From NCBI GenBank assembly GCA_036399495.1, contig DASWMZ010000159.1, positions 30,310-94,309 on the forward strand: a stretch of DNA of 64,000 nt, written 5' to 3'. Numbering within the stretch: position 1 is the first letter of the stretch; every line of letters starts with the position of its first letter. A program made the position numbers and the translations under genes. Shown here in pieces: positions 40,456 through 49,433 of the stretch. A model generated the notes under the pieces. That model saw nothing but the letters and a program-made list of their open reading frames with translations, was not told the origin of the DNA and did no database searches. The stretch is from Pedobacter sp. Lineage in GTDB: Bacteria; Bacteroidota; Bacteroidia; Sphingobacteriales; Sphingobacteriaceae.

Positions 40456-41409
40456 ATGAAGATAACCGAACACATAAAAAACGCAAACGGCAAAACCCTT
40501 TTTTCCTTCGAACTCCTTCCTCCAGTAAAGGGCCAGCGCATCGAAAATATCTACGATGCTATTGACCCTTTAATGGAATTTAAGCCGCCGTTTATTGACG
40601 TAACTTATCACCGCGAGGACTTCATCTATAAACAACACCCTAATGGTTTACTGGAACAAGTTTCCTATCGTAAACGCCCGGGGACGGTTGCTATTTGTGC
40701 GTCAATCATCAACCGTTATAAAGTAGATGCAGTGCCGCATTTAATCTGTGGAGGCTTTACAAAAGAAGAAACAGAGAATGCCTTAATTGACCTCCAATTT
40801 CTTGGAATAGATAATGTTTTGGTACTTAGAGGCGATGCTCGAAAGGGGGACTCAGGATTTATACCCACTCCCGGTGGACATGCTTTCGCAACCGATTTAT
40901 TGCAGCAGGTGGTAAATTTGAACAAGGGCGAATACCTCCATGAGCATACTGAAGCTCATAAATCGGACTTTTGTATCGGTGTAGCGGCTTATCCCGAAAA
41001 GCACTTCGAAGCACCAAACCTCAAAACAGACTTCGAGTATTTAAAGATGAAAATTGATATGGGTGCAGATTTCATTGTTACCCAAATGTTCTTTGATAAT
41101 CAAAAGTATTTCGACTTTGTGAACCTTTGCCGTGAGAACGGAATAAACGTTCCAATCATCCCGGGATTGAAACCAATTACTTCATCGAAGCAACTTGTCA
41201 GCTTGCCTAAAATCTTCCATCTGGATTTACCAGAGGATTTGACAAAGGCAATATCTAACTGCTCTTCTGAAAAAGATGTTAAAGAAGTTGGAATTGAATT
41301 TATGATTCAGCAATGTAAAGAGCTTATGGCATTTGGAGCGCCGGTACTTCATTTTTACACGATGAGTAATCCGGGGCCAACTAAAAGAATTGCTGAGGCG
41401 ATATTTTAA
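40456..41409 (+). CDS. metF: methylenetetrahydrofolate reductase
   Basis: Blocks FSFELLPP, HLICGG, NVLVLRGD and ADFIVTQMFFD. Confidence 0.93.
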   Translation: MKITEHIKNANGKTLFSFELLPPVKGQRIENIYDAIDPLMEFKPPFIDVTYHREDFIYKQHPNGLLEQVSYRKRPGTVAICASIINRYKVDAVPHLICGGFTKEETENALIDLQFLGIDNVLVLRGDARKGDSGFIPTPGGHAFATDLLQQVVNLNKGEYLHEHTEAHKSDFCIGVAAYPEKHFEAPNLKTDFEYLKMKIDMGADFIVTQMFFDNQKYFDFVNLCRENGINVPIIPGLKPITSSKQLVSLPKIFHLDLPEDLTKAISNCSSEKDVKEVGIEFMIQQCKELMAFGAPVLHFYTMSNPGPTKRIAEAIF

Positions 41410-41437
41410 ACGCTTGGATAGTCATCCAATGACTAAA

Positions 41438-42043
41438 TTACAATCCTCCTCTATCTGCCAGTTCTGCTCTCAACTCCTCAGGAGAAATGAAATGAATACT
41501 ATCTACGCCCATTTTCAGTGCTGATTTGATATTCCTAAAGTTATCATCTATAAATAAACAATCCTCCGCCTTTAGCTTATACCTATCCAAAAGCAATTGA
41601 AAGAATGCCGGGTCTGGCTTACGCATTTTCTCTGTACCCGACACAACGACTCCATCAAACCAATTCAGGAAATCAAATCGCTCCTGAGCGATTGGGTAAG
41701 TTTCGGCAGACCAGTTTGTTAAGGCGTATATTTTGTATTTTCCAGATTCCTTAAGTTCCCTGAATATCTCAACCGTTCCCTCTATTGCACCTCCAAGCAT
41801 TTCCTCCCACCGGCCGTAAAAGGCACTGATATTTTCTCCTTGCTCCGGAAATTGTTTAATTAAATATTCGGTTCCCTCTTGCAAGGTACGTCCAGCGTCT
41901 TGCTCTTCATTCCAATCTCCGGTGCAAACCGTGTCAAGAAAGTGCTGCATCTCAGCCTCATCCTTAAAAATCTGTTTATAAAGATATTTCGGATTCCAGT
42001 CGATCAGTACTCCTCCGAGGTCAAAAATTATTGCTTTAATCAT
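41438..42043 (-). CDS. HAD superfamily (subfamily IA) hydrolase/phosphatase
   Basis: Motif I IIFDLGGVLIDW, motif II ALTNWS, motif III K...FIDDN. Confidence 0.85.
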   Translation of the reverse strand: MIKAIIFDLGGVLIDWNPKYLYKQIFKDEAEMQHFLDTVCTGDWNEEQDAGRTLQEGTEYLIKQFPEQGENISAFYGRWEEMLGGAIEGTVEIFRELKESGKYKIYALTNWSAETYPIAQERFDFLNWFDGVVVSGTEKMRKPDPAFFQLLLDRYKLKAEDCLFIDDNFRNIKSALKMGVDSIHFISPEELRAELADRGGL

Positions 42044-42461
42044 TATCGAATTCTTTTAAAAACTCTTCTGGAGAGTATACCGGCAACACTGGAATAGCCG
42101 TTTTGATTAAATTTTTATCCAGAGAAATGAAATAATCTATTTTATGATGCATAGCGGCATAATATTGCAAAGCATCTTCAATATCTGTCATTCGAGAACT
42201 GACCGCGTTTATTGCAATTTCATGGGTGCAATCTACCACTCTGACACTAGCCAGTAAGTCGAGTATGATAGTTTTTACCATCTTCTTTCCATAATGCTTT
42301 GCTAGATAGAAAGCCATTATGTGAACAATTGCCGGAGTCACAAACGAACTGATGTCTTCATTAAATATTTTTTGAAATATTTTTTTCGTTTGGGGATAAT
42401 TCTCGCGGCGCAACAAGAAGTCCAAACATACATTTGCGTCTAGAAAAACTTTAAAAGCCAT
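42036..42461 (-). CDS. PIN domain toxin (VapC-like)
   Basis: Conserved acidic positions in FLDANVCLDFLL, TDIEDALQY and ISLDKN. About 140 aa. Overlaps the upstream antitoxin gene by 11 nt. Confidence 0.8.
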   Translation of the reverse strand: MAFKVFLDANVCLDFLLRRENYPQTKKIFQKIFNEDISSFVTPAIVHIMAFYLAKHYGKKMVKTIILDLLASVRVVDCTHEIAINAVSSRMTDIEDALQYYAAMHHKIDYFISLDKNLIKTAIPVLPVYSPEEFLKEFDND

Positions 42462-42699
42462 ATTTGGAAGCTCGCTCTTCGTAATATTGCTTTTTTAAAT
42501 CTTCATCAAAAGCTATTTCAGGCTTCGGCAAACTCTCAATTAACTCTATCAAACTAGACTTGCTCTTCTTGGGTTTCTCTACCACTTTTTTAAAATACTC
42601 CTCTACTAATTCCGATACACTAGTGTGCTGTTCATCTGCGTAAGCTTTTATTTTATATATAAGCTTCTCCTCGATCGATAGATTTATTTTAGCTTTCAT
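42451..42699 (-). CDS. RHH/CopG-like antitoxin
   Basis: N-terminal beta-strand plus two helices (KINLSIEEKLIYKIKAYADEQHTSVSELVEEYFKKV) and an acidic disordered tail. The ATG at 42699 is preferred to the TTG at 42705. Confidence 0.7.
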   Translation of the reverse strand: MKAKINLSIEEKLIYKIKAYADEQHTSVSELVEEYFKKVVEKPKKSKSSLIELIESLPKPEIAFDEDLKKQYYEERASKYGF

Positions 42700-42735
42700 A
42701 CTCAAATGTACGCATAAAATAAATTTATGCGCACG

Positions 42736-44043
42736 CTAGTTTTGAAGTAAATACTTTTTGAAGTTTTCAAAATCAGCTTTCATCTCAACGGCCTGTTTTG
42801 GTTTTCCTTCTAAGGCTTTTACTTGCTCGGGGATGACAACATTATCCGCTATTTCTCCCTTATAAACATCAGGAAACTTGCATGGATGTGCGGTTGACAA
42901 GAAAACTCCAGCACTTGTAGCATCGCCAGACTGCTTACGATAATTTTCTACAGCAAGCCACGCAATTGCGGTATGCGGACAAACCACATAATTGTATTCC
43001 TCAAACACTTTATAAACAGCAGCTTCAGTCTGTTCATCAGTATAACTTACAGCCGAAATCACTTTCTTAAGCTCCTCTAAATCGTCCCTGAAAAGGTTCA
43101 TGATACGTACCCAGTTGCTAGGATTTCCAACATCCATTGCGTTTGATAGCGTTGCAACAGAAGGCTTTGCCTGGTAAACTCCCGTTTTAAAGAACTCTGG
43201 AACGGTATCGTTAGCATTCGTTGCAGCGATAAATTGCTTTACAGGAAGGCCCATCTTCCAGGCTAACAGCCCGGCTCCAATGTTTCCAAAGTTTCCGCTG
43301 GGAACAGAAAATATAACATCCTTTTTTCCTCCGCGTTTTAGCTGTGCATAGGCATTGAAATAGTAAAACGTTTGAGGAACTAAGCGGGAAATATTAATTG
43401 AGTTCGCTGATGTCAAGCGAAATTTCTGATTCAATTCATCATCAACAAATGCCTGCTTAACCAGTGCCTGACAATCATCGAATGTACCATCAATTTCGAC
43501 GGCACGGATATTCTGTCCGTTTGTGGTCAACTGAAGTTCCTGAATTGGGCTCACTTTTCCTTTTGGGTATAAAATAGTGACTTGCGTATTCTTAACACCT
43601 AAAAAACCTAACGCAACCGCGCCGCCAGTATCACCTGAGGTAGCTACCAAAACATTTAAGGTCTTCTCACCTTCTTCCAAGAAATAAGCCATAATACGAC
43701 TCATAAACCTCGCTCCGAAATCCTTAAAGGCCAGCGAAGGACCATGGAAAAGTTCGAGCACATACAAGTTCTCATCGAGTTTTACAACCGGCGCGGGAAA
43801 ATTGATTGCATCATCAACTATGGCCTTAAGATCAGCATCCGGCATCGCGTCCTGTAAAAGACTCTTTGCAACCTTAAACGCAATTTCGGTAAGCGAGTAA
43901 TTTTCAATGTTATCAATGAAGTCGGCATCAAGTTGGGGAATTACCAAGGGCATATATAGACCTTTGTCCTGTGGCATGCTGTTGAACACTGCCTCTTTGA
44001 AGTCTACTGCTGATGCGGGGTTGTTGGTGCTGTATAATTTCAA
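42736..44043 (-). CDS. thrC: threonine synthase (TTG start)
   Basis: PLP block SLAFKDFGARF, then TSGDTGGA. The N-terminus MKLYSTNN begins at a TTG, with an in-frame TAA three codons upstream. Confidence 0.93.
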   Translation of the reverse strand: MKLYSTNNPASAVDFKEAVFNSMPQDKGLYMPLVIPQLDADFIDNIENYSLTEIAFKVAKSLLQDAMPDADLKAIVDDAINFPAPVVKLDENLYVLELFHGPSLAFKDFGARFMSRIMAYFLEEGEKTLNVLVATSGDTGGAVALGFLGVKNTQVTILYPKGKVSPIQELQLTTNGQNIRAVEIDGTFDDCQALVKQAFVDDELNQKFRLTSANSINISRLVPQTFYYFNAYAQLKRGGKKDVIFSVPSGNFGNIGAGLLAWKMGLPVKQFIAATNANDTVPEFFKTGVYQAKPSVATLSNAMDVGNPSNWVRIMNLFRDDLEELKKVISAVSYTDEQTEAAVYKVFEEYNYVVCPHTAIAWLAVENYRKQSGDATSAGVFLSTAHPCKFPDVYKGEIADNVVIPEQVKALEGKPKQAVEMKADFENFKKYLLQN

Positions 44044-44079
44044 TTTGATTTACGATTTTAGAATTTTGATTTACGATTC
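44042..44079. repeat. direct repeat of about 17 nt (AATTTGATTTACGATT x2) in the thrB-thrC spacer
   Basis: Read directly from the sequence. Copies lie at about 44042-44059 and 44062-44079. Confidence 0.7.
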
Positions 44080-44085
44080 TCCCTC

Positions 44086-45021
44086 TCAATCTAGAATCTT
44101 CGGCCCATTGGCATTCACCGCTGATGTATATGCTTGGCTACCAATATTAAGTTTAGATAAGTGTTGCTGTATCGCTTGTGTTAGTCTCGCTGAAGTATCC
44201 GCATCTCTTGTAAATGCAAAAACTGACGGCCCAGAACCAGATATTCCAAAGCTTAATGCGCCATTTTGCATCGCAATCTCACGCATCTTATAAAAATCTG
44301 GAATCAAAATAGACCGAACGGGTTCCACCAATACATCTTTCATACTGCGGCCAATCAAATCAAGATCCTTCATAAAAAGGCCTGAGACCAAGCCCGCAAT
44401 ATTTCCCCATTGGATAACCGCATCTTTCAGTAACACTTTCTCGCGAATCATTTTCCGGGCATCACGGGTCGGGACGTCAACTTCGGGGAAAACAATTGCG
44501 CAATGTAGATTTTCCGGATAGGGCAGCTTGATAATATCTAAAGGTTCGTAGCTTTTAATCAAGACAAACCCGCCAAGTAGCGCCGGAGCAACATTGTCTG
44601 CGTGACCAGTTCCACAGGCTAACTCCTCTCCCTTCATTGCAAACGGAACAAGTTCCATTTTGGTCAATGGTTCACCCAACATTGTATTAATAGCAAATAA
44701 ACCCGCTACGGTGCTGGCCGAGCTTGAACCCAAACCACTTCCGATTGGCATCTTCTTGTGCAATTCAACATCAACACCAACATCAGTTCTGCCAATATGC
44801 TCCAGGTAATATTGAACACTTGCACTTACCGTATTTTTAGCGGCATCAAGAGGCAGGCGACCATCATCGCCGGTTATCTTGCCTATCGTTACACCTGGTT
44901 TGGAGCTTAGCCGCATGATAACTTCATCGCCCGGTGCGTCGACGGCCAAGCCAAGAATATCGTAACCACACACTACGTTAGCTATGGTTGCCGGGGCAAA
45001 TACTCTTATTGACTCTTTCAT
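44086..45021 (-). CDS. thrB: homoserine kinase
   Basis: GHMP kinase motif PIGSGLGSSSAS. The start overlaps the thrA stop (TAATG). Confidence 0.93.
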   Translation of the reverse strand: MKESIRVFAPATIANVVCGYDILGLAVDAPGDEVIMRLSSKPGVTIGKITGDDGRLPLDAAKNTVSASVQYYLEHIGRTDVGVDVELHKKMPIGSGLGSSSASTVAGLFAINTMLGEPLTKMELVPFAMKGEELACGTGHADNVAPALLGGFVLIKSYEPLDIIKLPYPENLHCAIVFPEVDVPTRDARKMIREKVLLKDAVIQWGNIAGLVSGLFMKDLDLIGRSMKDVLVEPVRSILIPDFYKMREIAMQNGALSFGISGSGPSVFAFTRDADTSARLTQAIQQHLSKLNIGSQAYTSAVNANGPKILD

Positions 45022-47489
45022 TAGAAATAATTCGGATACTGTGCCCCAACGTTTACGATATCTGCAAACACACCTGCTGCAGTTACTTCTGCACCCGCGC
45101 CTGGGCCTTTAACTACTAATGGACGTTCTTTATATCTGTCGGTAGTGAATGAGATTATATTATCACTTCCGGAAAGCATGTAGAACGGATGAGTTTCATC
45201 AACCATCTGCAGGGATATTGAAACCTTACCGTCTTCAAGCATGCCGATGTAACGCAACACTTTTCCACTGCTCGCTGCTTCTGACTTTAATTTCTCGAAG
45301 AAGTCGTTGTGCTTCTTCAACTCTAAGTAGAAGTCTTCAACACTTGCAGCTTGCAGACAAGATTCCGGCAACATACTTTCAATCTTCACTTCGTCGGGTT
45401 CAAGCTGATTTCCTGCGTCACGAGCCAAAATCAACATCTTTCTCATAAAATCGGTACCGCTCAGGTCATCACGAGGATCTGGTTCAGTATATCCTTTTTC
45501 CTGCGCTTGTTTAACCACGTCGTGGAATGAAGCATCTCCTTTGAAATTGTTGAAGATGAATGAAATAGTACCTGAAAGTATTGCCTCAATCCGGATTACC
45601 CGGTCACCGCTTATCATCAAATCCTTCAAGGTTCTAACTATCGGCAAGCCTGCTCCAACATTGGTTTCGTAATAAAAATCGACACCGTGTAATTGAGAAA
45701 GCTCTTTAAAGTTTCTATACTGGCTATACGAAGATGAATTTCCAATCTTGTTGCAAGTTACCACGGAGATATTTGCTTTGAACACATCTTCATAAACTGC
45801 AATAGGTTTTAAACTGGCAGTGTTATCAACAAAAATTGCATTCGGCAAATTCATCTCCCTCATTCGGGCAACAAAAACGCTTAGGTCAGCAGGCTTTCCA
45901 TCCTTTTCCAAAATATTTTCCCACTCACCAAGTGGTATTCCAGCCGCGTCAAAAACCATTCGTCGGCTATTGCTTATTCCTACAACATTTATGGTTACAC
46001 CATTTTGAAGCTGCAAGAATTCGCAGTGCTCCTGAATCTGGCGAAACAATGTTTTTCCGATATTTCCGGTTCCTAAACAGAAAATGTTGAGGTTTATCTT
46101 CAGGTCCGTGTAAAATGCATCATGCACAGCATTCAGCGCTTTCTCAAGGTCACTTCGCGAAATAATAACTGAAATATTATACTCGGAAGAGCCTTGAGCG
46201 ATAGCACGCACATTCACACCATTTCTACCCAGCGCATGAAAAAGAGTCCCCGATATTCCCGGAGTCTGCTTCATATTCTCTCCCACAATGGCAAGAGCAG
46301 CTAAGTTATCTTCAATCTCGGGACATTCAATTTTTTTAGCCTCCAGTTCAAGCTCAAATTCCTGTTCAATCAATTGCTTGGCCCTCACAGCATCGGCCGG
46401 ATGAACCGCAAACGTGATGCTGTGCTCGGATGAGGATTGGGTAATCAGAATTATATTAATTTGCTCGCGCGATAGCAAAGAGAATAACCGACCGCTAAAA
46501 CCAGCCTTCCCAACCATCCCGCTTCCCTGAAGATTCAGAACACTAATTTCGTTAATCGAAGAAATCCCTTTAATCGGATGGTCGGCTTCCCGGCAGTTAT
46601 GGCGAATTACAGTCCCCTCAAAATCGGGCTCAAATGTATTTCTGATAACAATTGGTATCTTCTTTAAAAAGGCCGGAATCATTGTTGGCGGGTAAATAAC
46701 CTTCGCCCCAAAATAAGAAAGCTCCATAGCCTCGGTATACGAAAGCTCCTTTAGTGGAAACGCTTTCTTCACCATTCTCGGGTCAGCAGTCATCATCCCG
46801 TTTACATCGGTCCAGATTTCAATTTCCTCTGCATTAAGCGCAGAGCCTATAATAGCCGCGGTATAATCGCTTCCTCCTCTACCTAATGTAGTTATCTTAC
46901 CTTCATCATTACTTGCAATAAAGCCGGTGACAAATATCAGTTTCCCTCTATTTTCCTCATAAAAATTTCGGGTAAGCATTTCAGAAACCTCAGTCTGAAT
47001 CCTTGCATTCCCGTAAGAACTATCGGTTTTAATTAGCTCAGAAGCGTCAGCAAAAATGGCTTCGCCTAAATGCTGCTCAGCTATCTTGGTCACCATAAAA
47101 GTTGAACAACGTTCACCGAAGCTAAGAACCAGGTCTCGCGTTTTCGGCGTTAGTTCCTGCAAACTGGATATACCCTGCAAAAGGTCTTCCAACTGGTTGA
47201 AATAGAGTTTAAGCTTGGTAAATACCGGATTTTGTCTTGGCACTTCCAACAAAGCCTTTACCACATCGAAGTGGCGATTTTCAAGCTCAGTGATAAAGCG
47301 GGAAACATCCTCACCTTTCGCAGCTCTGTCGGCCGTAGAAACAAGCAGATTCGTAACCCCGCTCATCGCAGAAAGCACTACTACCGGACTTTGTCGCTCA
47401 GACTTTTCACGCTTTAAGATATCAATCAAGGTGCGGATGCTTTCCACCGAACCAACTGACGTACCACCGAATTTTAAAACCTTCATCAA
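45021..47489 (-). CDS. thrA: bifunctional aspartokinase / homoserine dehydrogenase
   Basis: N-terminal KFGGTSV kinase motif, two ACT regions, and a C-terminal homoserine dehydrogenase (GTGNIGKT Rossmann). Confidence 0.95.
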   Translation of the reverse strand: MMKVLKFGGTSVGSVESIRTLIDILKREKSERQSPVVVLSAMSGVTNLLVSTADRAAKGEDVSRFITELENRHFDVVKALLEVPRQNPVFTKLKLYFNQLEDLLQGISSLQELTPKTRDLVLSFGERCSTFMVTKIAEQHLGEAIFADASELIKTDSSYGNARIQTEVSEMLTRNFYEENRGKLIFVTGFIASNDEGKITTLGRGGSDYTAAIIGSALNAEEIEIWTDVNGMMTADPRMVKKAFPLKELSYTEAMELSYFGAKVIYPPTMIPAFLKKIPIVIRNTFEPDFEGTVIRHNCREADHPIKGISSINEISVLNLQGSGMVGKAGFSGRLFSLLSREQINIILITQSSSEHSITFAVHPADAVRAKQLIEQEFELELEAKKIECPEIEDNLAALAIVGENMKQTPGISGTLFHALGRNGVNVRAIAQGSSEYNISVIISRSDLEKALNAVHDAFYTDLKINLNIFCLGTGNIGKTLFRQIQEHCEFLQLQNGVTINVVGISNSRRMVFDAAGIPLGEWENILEKDGKPADLSVFVARMREMNLPNAIFVDNTASLKPIAVYEDVFKANISVVTCNKIGNSSSYSQYRNFKELSQLHGVDFYYETNVGAGLPIVRTLKDLMISGDRVIRIEAILSGTISFIFNNFKGDASFHDVVKQAQEKGYTEPDPRDDLSGTDFMRKMLILARDAGNQLEPDEVKIESMLPESCLQAASVEDFYLELKKHNDFFEKLKSEAASSGKVLRYIGMLEDGKVSISLQMVDETHPFYMLSGSDNIISFTTDRYKERPLVVKGPGAGAEVTAAGVFADIVNVGAQYPNYF

Positions 47490-47502
47490 TATAAATTTTT
47501 AA

Positions 47503-47540
47503 CAAAAAACGCCTTCCCCTTTAGTGGAGGAAGGCGTTTT
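47503..47540 (-). terminator. attenuator terminator of the thr leader
   Basis: Minus strand reads ACGCCTTCCTCC-actaaa-GGGGAAGGCGT followed by TTTTTTGTT. It lies 14 nt upstream of the thrA ATG. Confidence 0.8.
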
Positions 47541-47560
47541 CTGGTTCTTTTATCATTAAG

Positions 47561-47638
47561 TTACACCATATCCGAACTTCCTCCAGCTAAACTTAGCGTG
47601 GTGGTAGTAATGGTAGCGGTATAAATATACTTTTTCAT
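47561..47638 (-). CDS. thrL: thr operon leader peptide (25 aa: MKKYIYTATITTTTLSLAGGSSDMV)
   Basis: Six Thr codons and one Ile codon occur in an 8-codon run. The GGAGGAAG segment inside the ORF is the exact complement of CTTCCTCC in the 5' arm of the terminator. Confidence 0.75.
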   Translation of the reverse strand: MKKYIYTATITTTTLSLAGGSSDMV

Positions 47639-47906
47639 TAATTTTTGAATCGGCGTAAAGTAAGCAGTAAAATTTAAGATATACAAGCCAAATGCTAACT
47701 TTTTCGAAAAGCGAAATACTTCTTTGTGGCAAATGCAGTCCTGCTGTCCTCCAAGTCCGCCTTAGACTCCGCCTCCCCCGCTTCGGGCTTTCCGTACCAT
47801 CAGGTTTAAAGATTTCCCGCGGTTCTCCGTAGGAACCAAACTTCAGAAGTTTAAACTTTTGGAGAGTTTAGCACACAAACTAGCAATTTTATACCTTTAT
47901 GACTTA

Positions 47907-48827
47907 ATGAAGTGCTTAGTAATAAAGTCTACCGGAAGCTGGTATCAGGTTGTAAACAACGCTGGTGAAATCATCGATTGCCGCATTAAAGGAAAGTTTC
48001 GTATCAAAGATATCCGGACCACCAACCCGATTGCGGTCGGCGATAAGGTGGAAATTGAAATGGAACCCGACCAGGGAACTGGTGTAATTGTAAAGTTGGA
48101 GCCAAGGAAAAATTACATTATCCGTAAATCCATAAACCTATCTAAGCAGTCACAGATTATCGCAGCCAACCTAGACCAAGCCTTTTTAATTGTAACACTT
48201 GCTTCACCTCGTACATCGCTCGGCTTTATCGACCGCTTTTTGGTTACCGCCGAAGCTTATGATATTCCTGCAGCTTTAGTCTTTAACAAACTCGACCTTT
48301 TTAGCGAGGAGGGCATGGAAGTACTGGCGGAGTACGAAAATATCTATCAAAGCATCGGATATCCTTGTTATAAAGTTTCGGCAATGGAAGGAACCAATAT
48401 CTCAGAAATTCAAGATTTACTAAAAGACAAGGTCACCTTATTTAGCGGCCATTCGGGGGTTGGTAAATCAACATTAATAAATGCGCTAATTCCCGACATC
48501 AAATTAAAAACCGGCGCCGTTTCTGACTGGAGCGACAAAGGCCAGCATACAACCACTTTCGCTGAAATGCACGATTTATCACAAGGTGGCTATTTAATCG
48601 ATACCCCAGGAATCAGAGAGCTCGGCGTTTTTGATATAGAACCTCAAGTGCTCGGCCATTTTTTCCCAGAAATCAGAGAGCGTTTAAACGAGTGCCGATT
48701 TCATAATTGCCGTCACGTAAATGAGCCGGGGTGCACCGTAATCGAAGCAGTACAAGACGGAGAGATTGAGGTTTCCAGGTATGAGAGTTATTTGAGTATT
48801 TTTCATGGGAATGATACAAGAGCATAA
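47907..48827 (+). CDS. rsgA: ribosome small-subunit-dependent GTPase A
   Basis: OB-fold N-terminus (GSWYQV), circularly permuted GTPase (NKLDL ... GHSGVGKSTLINAL ... DTPG), and zinc cluster CRFHNCRHVNEPGC. The start was set at the ATG at 47907. Confidence 0.92.
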   Translation: MKCLVIKSTGSWYQVVNNAGEIIDCRIKGKFRIKDIRTTNPIAVGDKVEIEMEPDQGTGVIVKLEPRKNYIIRKSINLSKQSQIIAANLDQAFLIVTLASPRTSLGFIDRFLVTAEAYDIPAALVFNKLDLFSEEGMEVLAEYENIYQSIGYPCYKVSAMEGTNISEIQDLLKDKVTLFSGHSGVGKSTLINALIPDIKLKTGAVSDWSDKGQHTTTFAEMHDLSQGGYLIDTPGIRELGVFDIEPQVLGHFFPEIRERLNECRFHNCRHVNEPGCTVIEAVQDGEIEVSRYESYLSIFHGNDTRA

Positions 48828-48902
48828 TATTGCAAGAAAGGCTCAAAGTCACAAAGTTTTAGGATGCTCTTGGTGCCTTCGCGTCTTCGTGGCTATGAAT
48901 CT

Positions 48903-49361
48903 ATGAGAGCAGTAATCCAACGCGTTTCCCGAGCATCCTGTACCGTTGACGGAGCTACCACAGGAAAAATAAACGCTGGCCTTCTGGTTTTACTGGGAAT
49001 AGAAGAAGAAGATACATCTGAAGACCTTATCTGGCTCGCTCAAAAGATTGTAAACATGCGCATCTTCAGCGATGAGAATGGCTTGATGAACAACTCTGTT
49101 TTGGATATAAAAGGCGAGATACTTCTCATTTCACAATTTACTCTATTCGCTCAAACCAAAAAAGGAAACCGCCCAAGCTTTATCCGCGCAGCCAAACCAG
49201 AAAAAGCAATCCCTTTATACGAGCAAATGATTTCAGAACTTGAAAAGCTTACAGGTGAAAAACCTCAAACGGGTATTTTCGGGGCCGAAATGAAAATTGA
49301 GCTCCTCAATGATGGGCCGGTAACGATTATTATGGATACAAGGGATAAGGAGAATCACTAA
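48903..49361 (+). CDS. dtd: D-aminoacyl-tRNA deacylase
   Basis: MRAVIQRVS N-terminus, SQFTLFA, NDGPVT. The start was set at the ATG at 48903. Confidence 0.93.
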   Translation: MRAVIQRVSRASCTVDGATTGKINAGLLVLLGIEEEDTSEDLIWLAQKIVNMRIFSDENGLMNNSVLDIKGEILLISQFTLFAQTKKGNRPSFIRAAKPEKAIPLYEQMISELEKLTGEKPQTGIFGAEMKIELLNDGPVTIIMDTRDKENH

Positions 49362-49433
49362 ATTCAGCCACGAAGACTCGAAGTCACTAATTCTTCGCTT
49401 AGAGCCTTCGCCTTTGTGCCTAATTAAAAAAAT

